Assembly: GCA_964016885.1 (NCBI GenBank)
Contig: OZ024743.1
Coordinates: 23,064,001 to 23,128,000, forward strand
DNA: 64,000 bases
Reading direction: 5' to 3'
Source: Eledone cirrhosa
Taxonomy: Eukaryota
Part shown: one piece after another, positions 1 through 13,208 of the stretch
How positions within the stretch are numbered: the first letter of the stretch is position 1
Layout of the letters: each line of letters begins with the position of its first letter
Notes under the pieces: model-generated
Databases searched by the model: none
What the model was told of the DNA's origin: nothing
Seen by the model: the letters and a program-made list of their open reading frames with translations, nothing else
Made by a program: the position numbers and the translations under genes

Positions 1-198
1 TAGCCTGTATATTCTTTTCTTGCCTGTGTATTCTCTTCATTCTCGCATGCTCCGAAGATCTGACTGGTTATAATTTTGTATTGGCGATCGAGTAACGTGA
101 GAATAAGCGAATAGCGATCTCTAGACCTACCAGTTCAGAGAAACAATTGTCAGCTATGAGATTAAAAACCTTTTTTGTATAGCAAACCTTCTTTCCTG

Positions 199-201
<3 letters not shown>
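1..201 (+). mobile_element. 3' end of a PLE-type pseudo-LTR/non-autonomous element with degenerate hammerhead (49-154), running into (TA)n
   Basis: gct-CCGAAGA-tctgactgg...ccagttcaga-GAAAC-aatt-GTC-agc; clearly homologous to the reverse complement of 28378-28570. Confidence 0.7.
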
Positions 202-272
<71 letters not shown>

Positions 273-765
273 CATACACATACACACGCGCACGCACACA
301 CACATGTGTGCATCGATGAGTATGTGTGTGCTCCCATGTTGTGTAAAGCAGTGCAAATTTATAGATAGTTACAAACCCCTTATCTAAAAGAGTAACTTAG
401 CGATTCGATGCATAGTGATCGATAATTCAAGTAAGAGATTGCAATTAATGGTGCAGTCGATATGATAAGTTAGAAGCCTTGATATCCAAACCTCAACATG
501 CTCGCAGTTATAGCATAAAAGAATAAAGAAATATATTTATAGATGTGTATTAATATATATATACATTCACTTTTAAACGTTTATGTATATGCAAATGTTC
601 GTATAGACACAAACACGTGTATAATTCCCTCTATTTCGCACTCTTCTTTCTACACACACAGAAGCACCATATTTCCATCTTTCTTCGCTACATGCTCATT
701 AAATGATGTTCGCCAGAGTCAACCTTAACATATGGCAGTTATGTGTGCACTGCTTTATTCGCGTG

Positions 766-840
<75 letters not shown>

Positions 841-846
<6 letters not shown>

Positions 847-1220
847 TAAAACATGTCTATAGAATCACCAGATGTTCACTATGTTCACTTTTCTCCTAGT
901 TTATTTTACACCTAATTATGTTTAGTTGACTGTATATCTGGTCGATTTATACACGCTGTCGAAATACTCGATAAATACTCCGTCGCAACCACCGCGAAGG
1001 GCTGCTTTCGGTTATTTGTCGGAGATTTCTTCATAGGAGCCTTTGTTCTTATAGCTTGGTCTAATTGATTCTTTATATGGTTAATTATGCTAATTGGGAG
1101 AGGAAACGGTATATATTTTATCTGGTGATTCTATAGACATGTTTTATGATATATGGCTCTAATTGTTTAATTTATTAACTCTTCATTGAGCCACAAATTG
1201 ACCCGTTGCAAAACACACAT
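841..1220 (+). mobile_element. Fold-back insertion in (TA)n (PLE-like architecture)
   Basis: 841-873 (atatcataaaacatgtctatagaatcaccagat) is the reverse complement of ~1120-1152; sequence continues ~70 bp past the right arm into TA repeats. Confidence 0.55.
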
Positions 1221-1252
1221 ATATATAAATATAAATATATATATATGTAAAC

Positions 1253-1339
<87 letters not shown>

Positions 1340-1404
1340 TATATTTCGTTTCTGAATTTGTTTAGTAAGATTATTTATCTGAAAACGTGTGTTGAAACCG
1401 ATAT

Positions 1405-2034
1405 TGTTATGCTTTGGGAGGGTCATGTTGCCAATAAGAAACACACGCACCAGTTGCTTTCACTCCAATTTATTTAAATTTAAGAATTTATAAATTAATT
1501 TTCGGTTGGTTGGTTCCACAACCGGACGGTTGTTCATATATTGTCAAAGTTCTTTCGTCACGCCTTCTGTGACCTCTTTAGTGAATGGGGATTCTTTTCT
1601 TTGTTTTTGTGCCTCTCCTTTGTTCTGTCCTACGCCATCTTGTTTTTTTGTCTAAACAAGAGGTCACAGAATGTGTGACGAAAGAACTTTGACAATATAT
1701 GAACAACCGTCCGGTTGTGGAACCAACCAACCAACCGGAAATTTATAAAATCTTAAATTTATAAATTTAACTTATAATAAATTGGAGTGAAAGCAAATGG
1801 TGTGTGTATTTCTTATAGGCAACATGACCCTCCCAAAGCATAACTGTTTCTACGTTAGGCACAAGGCCAGCAATTACCCAGTGCATTACTGGTACTTTAT
1901 TTTATCGACCCCGTAAGGATGAAAGGCAAAGTTAACCTCGGCGGGATTTGAACTCAGAATGGCAAGGGCCGTAACTCTATACGTCAAAGCATGGCGTCCG
2001 AACCAATACTGCCAATCCACCCCAAAGCATAACA
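1405..2034. mobile_element. Non-autonomous TIR element, TGT...ACA termini, ~170-bp TIRs, ATAT flanks (Ginger-like), with a SINE inserted in the right TIR
   Basis: 1405-1578 is inverted at ~1659-1844 plus 2021-2034; ATAT at 1401-1404 and 2035-2038; related solo ends at 15410 and 22602. Confidence 0.6.
1845..2020 (-). mobile_element. tRNA-derived SINE (dominant family, ~25 copies in window)
   Basis: Sense strand has A-box-like TGGCAGTATTGG, B box GAGTTCAAATCCC and core gcctttcatccttacggggtcgataaaataaagtacc; 13-bp TSD cccaaagcataac (1832-1844/2021-2033). Further partial or diverged copies near 4126, 15900, 16060, 23735, 24210, 29038, 37030, 39997, 49035, 49530, 52190. Confidence 0.9.
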
Positions 2035-2064
2035 ATATATATATACACATATACACATATACAT

Positions 2065-2247
<183 letters not shown>

Positions 2248-2487
2248 TTTGTTTGTTTATTTTACCTTTCACACTTTATTTACGGTTGCTACTGGTTATT
2301 TTATTCCTGTAATAACGAAAGCATTCCATTCCTGCTAAATTGCAGAACTGCAATAAGAGTAGAGAGAGTACGCGGCTGACATGACCGGCTCTACCCGACT
2401 TCCACACACGCACGTCTTACGAGGTTTGCTTGAAACCTTTATATTTATAAACTGCTGTAGAATGTGAACACCTAAATAAAATATTTC

Positions 2488-2488
2488 A

Positions 2489-2521
<33 letters not shown>

Positions 2522-2532
2522 TGGTGGTAGTA

Positions 2533-2569
<37 letters not shown>

Positions 2570-2570
2570 C

Positions 2571-2631
<61 letters not shown>

Positions 2632-2634
2632 TCG

Positions 2635-2688
<54 letters not shown>

Positions 2689-2691
2689 TCG

Positions 2692-2724
<33 letters not shown>

Positions 2725-2727
2725 TCG

Positions 2728-2763
<36 letters not shown>

Positions 2764-2766
2764 TCG

Positions 2767-2799
<33 letters not shown>

Positions 2800-2802
2800 T
2801 CG

Positions 2803-2877
<75 letters not shown>
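2488..2877. repeat. (GTA)n microsatellite with periodic GTC interruptions
   Basis: Direct reading. Confidence 0.97.
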
Positions 2878-3016
2878 ATGTGTGTTGTAGTTTCGGTAGA
2901 GGTGTTTGCCAGGCTAGTGATATAGTATATAGTACTATATAGATGTAGAATGTCAAGCTGACTAATAACAAGTTGAACATGGACACTAAATAGATAAATA
3001 AATAAAATAATTAATT

Positions 3017-3583
3017 TGGTGGTATGGTGTTGATGGCGATGGTGGAGGCGGCTTTGGTGGTGGTGGTGGTGGTGGTGGTGGCGGCGTTGGTGTTGTGCAG
3101 GTGGTGGCGGCGGTGGTGGTGGTGGCGGTGATGGTGGTGATGATGGTAGTTGTGGTGGTGTTGATGGCGATGGTGGCGGCGGCTTTGGTGTTGTGCAGGT
3201 GGTGGCGGTGGTTGTGGTGGTGGTGGTGGTGGTGATGGTAGTTGTGGTGGTGGTGGTGGTGGTCGTGGTGGTGGTGATGGTGGTGGTGGTGGTGGTGGTG
3301 GTGGTGATGGTAGTTGTGGTGGTGGTGGTGGTGGTGGTGGTGGTGGTGGTGGTGGTGGTGGTGGTGGTGGTGGTGGTGGTGGTGGTGATGGTAGTTGTGG
3401 TGGTGGTGGTGGTGGTGGTGGTGGTGATGGTGGTGGTGGTGGTGGTGGTGGTGGTGGTGGTGATGGTAGTTGTGGTGGTGTTGATGGCGATGGTGGAGGC
3501 GGCTTTTGTGTTGTGCAGGTGGTGGTGGTGGTGGTGGTGGTGGCGGTAGTGGCGGTGGTGGTGGTGGTGGTGGCGCTGGTGGT
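3017..3583. repeat. (GGT)n compound microsatellite
   Basis: Direct reading; explains the poly-His/Pro/Val ORFs. Confidence 0.97.
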
Positions 3584-3799
3584 AAAGAAAGCCAGGTGTG
3601 CCTGTTACATGAAAACTTTATAAGTAGGGTGGGCGATTGCATACTTCACATATAGAGTAAGGCTTGGCACAGCTCATCTCTGCCAGCAAACACTGTAACA
3701 CGAATATATCGTATTGTCTGAGTAATTAACGATGATGATGATGATGGTGATGATGATGATGATTATAATGGTGGTGGAGGTAGTAGTGGTTGTGGTGGT

Positions 3800-4052
3800 T
3801 ATTGTTGTAAAATTGAACATTTCATTAAAAGTTTTCGATCTCAGGCTAATCCTAACTTAACCACAAAAGAAGGTTAAAGTCAGATAAATTCAGGGAGGGT
3901 TGATGACAATGTGATTATATTCACTGGAAATCAATCAAAAACGGAATATCTGTAGATATGCAAATATATTCTGATACCACTTCATCTATTTTGCCAGAAA
4001 ACATTGTTTTCTCCTTGGGGTCATCAATTAAGCCTTTATTATTGAAGAATGT
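3800..4052. repeat. 253-bp direct repeat, copy 1 (copy 2 at 9393-9645)
   Basis: Appears identical by eye from tattgttgtaaaattg to attgaagaatgt. Confidence 0.9.
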
Positions 4053-4769
4053 ATACACACTTCAACAACAAAAAATGCATTAAAATAAATTCAGTTTTAT
4101 ATGCATTATTTAAATTATTTAAATTACGATCTGAGTTCAAATCCCGCCGAGGTTGACTTTGCCTTTACGGGGTCGATAAAATAAAGTACCAGTAATGCAC
4201 TGGGTAATTGCTGGCCTTGTGCCTAAAGTAGAAACAATTATTTAAATTCGAATTATGTCTGTAGATCATTTTATTTTGGGGAAAGGCTCTGGATTCTAAT
4301 AAATATTACCTGTACAGTTATCAGAGTATATATACATTTTGGGGGGGACGCCCTGTATATGGATGAGCCTTTGCGATATCGATGAGAATTATGTTGTGTT
4401 AACTAATTTATTTTGCCATTGACTTTTGATATTAATACTAAATGTTATAACACTATCCCTAGGATCTATTTCTAACAAATAGAACAGTCTCTAAACTATT
4501 TACTGAGTCTGTGTTCATTTTTATGCTAATACCTTTCACATGCTCACACTTGATTATGGTGACTATCTATTTAAGGTGACTATCTGTGTTTAACGTACGG
4601 GACAATTTTTATGGTGTATCCTTAGATAATGTTAGGCCGGCAAATGGGGGGAAAAGGAGGAAAGTCGATTATATAGTCCCCAGTACTTAATTAATACTAT
4701 ATTTTATCGATCCCAATCAAACAAAAATAAAAAATAATAATAATAATAATGGTTTCTTAATAATGTTAT

Positions 4770-7700
4770 GTATGATTCCAGACCTGTTCTGCTGAGAAAG
4801 ACAACTTTGGGTAATGAAATAGATAGAAAGAGCGTAAAGTGATATTGATAGACTGTATCTACTCTTTGTGGGTGACCTTAGGTTGTTTGGAAAAAGAACA
4901 AGATCAGACTGACTGATTAGTCAACATAGTAGACATGGTCTGTAATGATATAGGAATGGATTTTGGAATTAACAGGTGTCAAATATGGATAATGAAGAAG
5001 AGGAAGGTAATAGCAACTGATGGGATTATGTTTGTGAATGATCAGATCATGAAAGATGTTGAAAATCCAGGATATAAATATCTAGGAATACTGGAAGCTG
5101 AAAGAATCAAGGAAGGGGAGATGAAGATATTTAAGACGGGGCATTTGAGGTGATTAGAACTAGTATTAAAGTCAGCATTAAATGGAAGGAATAAAATTAT
5201 GGCTGTGAACACATGGGCAGTGCATGTACTATGATATGGGGATGGACTGTGCCTGTACTATGATATGGGGATGGACTGTGTCTGTACTATGATATGGGGA
5301 TGGACTGTGCCTGTACTATGATATGGGGATGGGCAGTGCATGTACTATGATATGGGGATGGGCAGTGCATGTACTATGATATGGGGATGGACTGTGCCTG
5401 TACTATGATATGGGGATGGACTGTGTCTGTACTATGATATGGGGATGGACTGTGCCTGTACTATGATATGGGGATGGACTGTGCCTGTACTATGATATGG
5501 GGATGGACTGTGTCTGTACTATGATATGGGGATGGACTGTGTCTGTACTATGATATGGGGATGGACTGTGCCTGTACTATGATATGGGGATGGACTGTGC
5601 CTGTACTATGATATGGGGATGGACTGTGTCTGTACTATGATATGGGGATGGACTGTGTCTGTACTATGATATGGGGATGGACTGTGCCTGTACTATGATA
5701 TGGGGATGGACTGTGTCTGTACTATGATATGGGGATGGACTGTGTCTGTACTATGATATGGGGATGGACTGTGCCTGTACTATGATATGGGGATGGACTG
5801 TGCCTGTACTATGATATGGGGATGGACTGTGTCTGTACTATGATATGGGGATGGACTGTGTCTGTACTATGATATGGGGATGGACTGTGTCTGTACAATG
5901 ATATGGGGATGGACTGTGCCTGTACTATGATATGGGGATGGACTGTGTCTGTACTATGATATGGGGATGGACTGTGTCTGTACTATGATATGGGGATGGA
6001 CTGTGTCTGTACTATGATATGGGGATGGACTGTGCCTGTACTATGATATGGGGATGGACTGTGCCTGTACTATGATATGGGGATGGACTGTGTCTGTACT
6101 ATGATATGGGGATGGACTGTGTCTGTACTATGATATGGGGATGGACTGTGCCTGTACTATGATATGGGGATGGACTGTGCCTGTACTATGATATGGGGAT
6201 GGACTGTGTCTGTACTATGATATGGGGATGGACTGTGCCTGTACTATGATATGGGGATGGACTGTGCCTGTACTATGATATGGGGATGGACTGTGCCTGT
6301 ACTATGATATGGGGATGGACTGTGTCTGTACTATGATATGGGGATGGACTGTGCCTGTACTATGATATGGGGATGGACTGTGCCTGTACTATGATATGGG
6401 GATGGACTGTGCCTGTACTATGATATGGGGATGGACTGTGCCTGTACTATGATATGGGGATGGAATGTGTCTGTATTATGATATGGGGATGGACTGTGCC
6501 TGTACTATGATATGGGGATGGACTGTGCCTGTACTATGATATGGGGATGGACTGTGTCTGTACTATGATATGGGGATGGACTGTGCCTGTACTATGATAT
6601 GGGGATGGACTGTGTCTGTACTATGATATGGGGATGGACTGTGCCTGTACTATGATATGGGGATGGACTGTGCCTGTACTATGATATGGGGATGGACTGT
6701 GCCTGTACTATGATATGGGGATGGACTGTGTCTGTACTATGATATGGGGATGGACTGTGCCTGTACTATGATATGGGGATGGACTGTGCCTGTACGATGA
6801 TATGGGGATGGACTGTGCCTGTACTATGATATGGGGATGGACTGTGCCTGTACTATGATATGGGGATGGACTGTGTCTGTATTATGATATGGGGATGGAC
6901 TGTGCCTGTACTATGATATGGGGATGGACTGTGCCTGTACTATGATATGGGGATGGACTGTGTCTGTACTATGATATGGGGATGGACTGTGCCTGTACTA
7001 TGATATGGGGATGGACTGTGCCTGTACTATGATATGGGGATGGACTGTGCCTGTACTATGATATGGGGATGGACTGTGCCTGTACTATGATATGGGGATG
7101 GACTGTGCCTGTACTATGATATGGGGATGGACTGTGCCTGTACTATGATATGGGGATGGACTGTGTCTGTACTATATGGGGATGGACTGTGCCTGTACTA
7201 TGATATGGGGATGGACTGTGCCTGTACTATGATATGGGGATGGACTGTGCCTGTACTATGATATGGGGATGGACTGTGCCTGTACTATGATATGGGGATG
7301 GACTGTGTCTGTACTATGATATGGGGATGGACTGTGTCTGTACTATGATATGGGGATGGACTGTGTCTGTACTATGATATGGGGATGGACTGTGTCTGTA
7401 CTATGATATGGGGATGGACTGTGCCTGTACTATGATATGGGGATGGACTGTGTCTGTACTATGATATGGGGATGGACTGTGTCTGTACTATGATATGGGG
7501 ATGGACTGTGTCTGTACTATGATATGGGGATGGACTGTGCCTGTACTATGATATGGGGATGGACTGTGTCTGTACTATGATATGGGGATGGACTGTGCAT
7601 GTACTATGATATGGGGATGGACTGTGCCTGTACTATGATATGGGGATGGACTGTGTCTGTACTATGATATGGGGATGGACTGTGTCTGTACTATGATATG

Positions 7701-9320
7701 AGGATGGACTGTGCCTGTACTATGATATGGGGATGGACTGTGCCTGTACTATGATATGGGCATGGACTGTGTCTGTACTATGATATGGGGATGGACTGTG
7801 TCTGTACTATGATATGGGGATGGACTGTGCCTGTACTATGATATGGGGATGGACTGTGTCTGTACTATGATATGGGGATGGGTTGTCACTGTACTACATG
7901 GGATGGGTTGTGACTGTACTACATTGGATGGGTTGTGACTGTACTATGATATGTGATGTGACTGTACTATGATATGGGATGGGATGTGACTGTACTATGA
8001 TATGGGATGTGACTGTACTATGATATGGAATGTGACTGTACTATGATATGGGATGTGACTGTACTATGATATGGGATGTGACTGTACTATGATATGGGAT
8101 GGGATGTGACTGTACTATGATATGGGATGTGACTGTACTATGATATGGAATGTGACTGTACTATGATATGTACTGAAAACAAGGAGAAATGCGGTCTTTA
8201 GACAGAAAAACAAGGAGGATTTTGACTGTGTGGTACATTACACCCGAGAAGTGACATTGATAGACTGTATTACCAAGGAATATGGGGGAGGGGGCATGGT
8301 TTGATTGTATACAAAGTGAAGAAAATAGTTTAGGATGGTATGATAAAAACACTGACGAACCATTTTTGATTAATATGAAATGATCTGGAGTAACAAAGTA
8401 TGAAAACTGCATCAACAAGCAGGAGTACAAACAGAAGACAAAAGAAGCTTGATAAAAGGAGGAAGACGAGAATGTATGGGTCAATATATTCGAAAAATGG
8501 TGGTCGTGTTAATAAGATATGACACATCGATGTGAATGAGAAAAAGTGACTTAAAGGTTGGGAGTGAATTTTTAATCTGCTCTGTACAGCAGCAATTGAC
8601 GACAAAGTATGTCAGTTACCATATTGATAAGACTAGTAATTTCCATTTATGTAAGATGTGTGGAGCTAAAGGTGATACTATAAGCCACATAGTAAGTGAA
8701 TGCTCCAAACTTGCTCAAAGAGAATACGAGAGAAGGCATGACAATAGCACACATCGTCTACTGGAAGCTTTGTGAGATGATTTGCCTTAATATCTCTAAT
8801 AAATGGTATGAACATACCACAAAGAATGTCATTGATAATGGTGATGTTAAAATATTGAGAGATTTTATCTCATAATGTGACAATATGATTGAAGCAAGGA
8901 AGCCAAACATAGTAATTGTCAACAAGTAAATCAAACATTGTATTATAATAGACATTGCAGTTCCTGGAGACAACAGAGTGGATGAAAAACAGAAGATGAA
9001 CAAGTATGGGAATCTCAAACAGGAAGTTGCCACATTATCGTAATTGAAGAAAGTAGAAATAGTGCCTGTAGTAGTTGGTACACTTGGAACGGTGTCAAGG
9101 AAATTATGTGATTGATTGGCTTGGGAAGCTCTGAATAGAAATAAAAACATACACACTACAAAAGACAGCCGTGTTAGGAACAGCAGGAATTTTGAGAAAA
9201 AGTCTTAGGGATGTAAATCTGATGAAAGCTTTGGAACCTCTGATCCTTTGTTATGATCCGCTTCCAAAGATTAAATTTGGTTGAAGATTTGCCAGAGTTC
9301 AAGGGATAATAATAATCAAC
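4770..9320 (+). mobile_element. Decayed 5'-truncated RLE non-LTR retrotransposon, R4/Dong-like, interrupted by a satellite
   Basis: RT remnants LLFVGDLRLF, DIGMDFGINRC, YKYLGILE, LNGRNKIMAVNTWAV; zinc knuckle CKMCGAKGDTISHIVSEC followed by RRHD; endonuclease RKPNIVIV..IIDIAVPGD; terminal LQKTAVLGTAGILRKVL; (TAA)n at both ends; many stops and frameshifts. Confidence 0.9.
5219..8170. repeat. 29-bp tandem array (~90 copies) with a shorter 23-27-bp variant tail from ~7880
   Basis: Unit ctgtactatgatatggggatggactgtg(c/t). Confidence 0.97.
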
Positions 9321-10714
9321 AGCAACAAAAAGCGTTTTCCAAAGTAATTCATCAAAATTAAGCAATAAATGTGGTTATTGTGTAAGGAAACATATTGTTG
9401 TAAAATTGAACATTTCATTAAAAGTTTTCGATCTCAGGCTAATCCTAACTTAACCACAAAAGAAGGTTAAAGTCAGATAAATTCAGGGAGGGTTGATGAC
9501 AATGTGATTATATTCACTGGAAATCAATCAAAAACGGAATATCTGTAGATATGCAAATATATTCTGATACCACTTCATCTATTTTGCCAGAAAACATTGT
9601 TTTCTCCTTGGGGTCATCAATTAAGCCTTTATTATTGAAGAATGTCCCAAGGTCAGAGACCCCTCAGGCCGGAGATTATCCCGGTTGCATTAAACGCTTG
9701 GTAGTAGACTCTCCCCTGGAGAGTACACCGATCCATGATTATTTTATTTGCTCGATAACACAACGTGCCACTCGATCTAAGAATTGAACCGTCGACATTA
9801 CGATCTTAAATCCACCCTAACCACTAAGCATGTAGCTTTACTTTATTTGATAGTTCAGAATCGCAGATTATCGACGAAATTGACTGTATTATCGATCATT
9901 CACATCAGTTTCTAGTTACCAAGAATGGGTTGATTGAATGTGATCTTGATATTGGCAATTTCTCTTTAATTTATTTGAAAATCTAAAACCTATTCGTAAT
10001 TTCAAAGCATTAATTGCTTTAATTTTCTCAACTGAAGATATAACTTGTCCTACTAGGTCAGTGCTTATTCAGTTACATATCGAATTTAATAATGAATTAA
10101 TAACATGACTGGAAAAATGTCCCATGTGCTTATCGGGGTGTTAAGAATGCATTACCCTTAGTCAAACACTAGACAATGGTGACACTTTGCGTATGTGCGC
10201 AGATTATAAAGTATCGATATATCTCGATAATTGTATAGCGATATTTAGTATGTGAAAACATTGAAAGGCACTCAGATTTCTCTAAAATTGACCTATTAAG
10301 CTGTTTATTGGAAAGCTCAACTTGATGAACAGAGCACAGACATATGTACAATTAATAACTCTTTTTAGTCCCTTCAGAGTAAATAGATTGCAAAAGGGTC
10401 TAAACAATTCTAATAAAATTTTCCAAAGTGGCATCGGAAAAATATGAAATAGAATCACTGGTGTGTTGGTTTACCAAGATCGTATACTGATATATGCTGC
10501 AGCACTATCGAGGCTTCGGAGAAAATTCAGTTTTTGAGCATCTGAGGCAAGCAAACATTGTTATAAATGTAAACATAAGTTTTCGTCATGTGACAAGACT
10601 GGTGTGTCTCGGTTTGTGTATTAGCAGGGTTGGCGTAATCCTTCACAATAACTAATTAATAAGAGTAATGACATAAAATAAGGTAATGACATAAAATATC
10701 CTACTTAAGATAAT

Positions 10715-10893
10715 TGTTTCTACTTTTGGCACAAGGCCAGCAATTACCCAGTGTATTACTAGTACTTTATTTTATCGACCCCATAAGGATGAAAGGCAAA
10801 GTTAACTTCGGCGGGATTTGAACACAGAATGGCAAGAGCCGTAACTCTATGCGTCAAAGCATGGCGTCCGACCCTCTACCGATACTGCCAATC
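10715..10893 (-). mobile_element. tRNA-derived SINE
   Basis: Same family; flanking aagataat duplication. Confidence 0.88.
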
Positions 10894-11224
10894 AAGATAA
10901 TGATTTCTTTATTAGCCTCACAGGGATCGCATTAAGAAAACATTAAAAACTAAAGAAAAATAAACATTTAAAAAATCAAACAACAAATTCCCCAAATGTG
11001 GGGAGACCTACGCAGGGTCACTTGTAGAGAAAGTCCACAAAAAGCCATGGTCAGCCTGCTAGCTAGGGCAAGTACCCTCTCTCAATTGTGTACTTCTCCA
11101 ATCTACAGGCATATACTCAGGGCAGGCCCATTTATTCGAACCATGCTCATCACTGTCACCCACGTTTCAATATTTTCACTTTCGAAACATTCTTATCAGA
11201 GTTTTTTGCAACCCCTTACATATT

Positions 11225-11403
11225 TGTTTCTACTTTAGGCACAAGGCCAGCAATTACCCAGTTCATTACTGGTACTTTATTTTATCGACCCCGTAAGGAT
11301 GAAAGGCAAAGTCAACCTCGGCGGGATTTGAACTCAGATCGTAAAGGGACGTAACTATGCTGGAAAGCATGACGTCCGACCCTCTACCGATACTGCCAAT
11401 CCA
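11225..11403 (-). mobile_element. tRNA-derived SINE
   Basis: Full length; TSD ccttacatatt (11214-11224/11404-11414). Confidence 0.9.
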
Positions 11404-11626
11404 CCTTACATATTGCCACTAAGACTAGGGCGAAGTCCAACAAGTCTGACCTGCTTCATTACAATCCCTTCATATAAGCAGTATTATAATCAACAATATT
11501 TATTTAATCAACATTTTAAGTTATGGAGTTGCACAAAGTTATATTCATTGAAAGTAGTGAATTCCATAACTTGAAAAGATAATAGATTCAAACCTCGGCA
11601 TTTGACTAACTTAGAGGAGAATAAAA

Positions 11627-11712
<86 letters not shown>

Positions 11713-12015
11713 ACAATGTTGGAGCTCCAGCATGGCCTCAGCATGCCGGCTTGAACACGTAATAGAGTAATATAGTAATATATATATATATATGTGTGTG
11801 TGTGCGCGTTTGTGTGTGTGTGGGGGCGTGTGGGCGTGCGTGTGTGTATGTATACATATATTTGTATTTTCACATATAGACTAACAGAAAAACCTCTGCC
11901 TATATATAAATGCATGTGTGTGTGTGTATGTGAGTGTTTTTGCGTGCTTGTATATATTTTAGGCATGTGCCAATGTATATATATATATATATATATATGT
12001 ATAGGAACCAGTAAG

Positions 12016-12109
12016 ACCCCGACGGCTGAGCTCAAGCCGTTTCGACGGCTAATTCTGGACTAAATGAAAATTTATCCTGGTATTTAAATAGCCGAGCTTC
12101 TCAAGGGGT
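12016..12109 (-). ncRNA. Type I hammerhead ribozyme, U3-A8 core variant
   Basis: Inverted copy of 15153-15246. Confidence 0.75.
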
Positions 12110-13208
12110 AATTCCATATATGGTCAAAGTGATTGTCAAAAGTCAGTAGTAATTCTGTGATTGCAAATTAGTAGGGGAGATGGTGGCTAAACCTGCCAGT
12201 AGGAGAAAAAGGGGAGGGGGTGCAGTAGACCCAATCATGCGTTGGTAGTGCCATCTACAGCTGGGCATGAGGTCAAAGAAGATACTGGGGAGGGGGAGGA
12301 AGTCGAAACGGTAGGTAGAACAATGAGGGGTAAAAATATATATATGAAAGAAAAAATACTGAGAGTGATGAAAAGCGAATAAGTGTAAAGAAAAAAGAGT
12401 ATAAAAGCAAGTTCTACGACCTAAGTCTCTAGCTATTGTTAGGCTAGATAAATAAATAAAGAAAGAAAGAAAGAAATAAAGAAATAACGAAATAAGTAAA
12501 TAACGGAATAGGCAAGGACCCTTTTAAGAGGTATAAGTACGTAAATCATACGGTGACGGGTCAATAAATGGGGCCAAAATACTAAAGAAACTACCACGAA
12601 ATAAATAATAAAGGTTTCTATCCCGGGAACAAGGCCAGCAACCACCCAGTGCAGCAAAGTAAACTAGTACGAGATAATAATTCTGAGTCCCGAAAAAAAT
12701 ATATACTAATGCTAACTCTAAAGGTACTGCCGCGCTACAAAAGATCTTATACAAGCTACATGAAAGTTCGTACGAAGTAAAGGTAGAAAACGGAAAAATA
12801 AATTCAGAATCCACCCCGTCCAAAAGAAAAGAGAAGAAAGAAATACTGAAACGAGAAAATAAGGCATAAGTGCCACTAAGAAATATAGAAGGCACGGAAA
12901 ATAGTGGGAGCGGTCGGAAAAGGGGGCAAGTATCCGAGGTCTAACACAACTGCTAAAAAAGCGGAGTCCGCCAAATCTATCATAGACTAGAGGAGGGGTG
13001 GGGGTACTGAGGCTACAAGGGGCCAAAGGGCAGCCTCGGGTGGGCGAGGAAAGACGCCGACAAAGAAGAACTGGGGTAGAAGGACTAAGGAGGGATGGGG
13101 GGAAGAAGGAAATAAAGGAAGCGATAAAAGAATAAAAAGAAGATCTTACGTCTCCCTTGGCAAGCAGGGGTTACCCATTGCAAAATCGGCAAGTGGGGTG
13201 TTATAGCC

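Noticed and set aside
1845-2020. tRNA gene suggested by A and B boxes
   Set aside because: No cloverleaf; high copy number, TSDs and a conserved tail identify it as a SINE.
5219-7880. 29-bp repeats of CRISPR-like length
   Set aside because: No unique spacers and no cas genes; contiguous tandem array in eukaryotic DNA.
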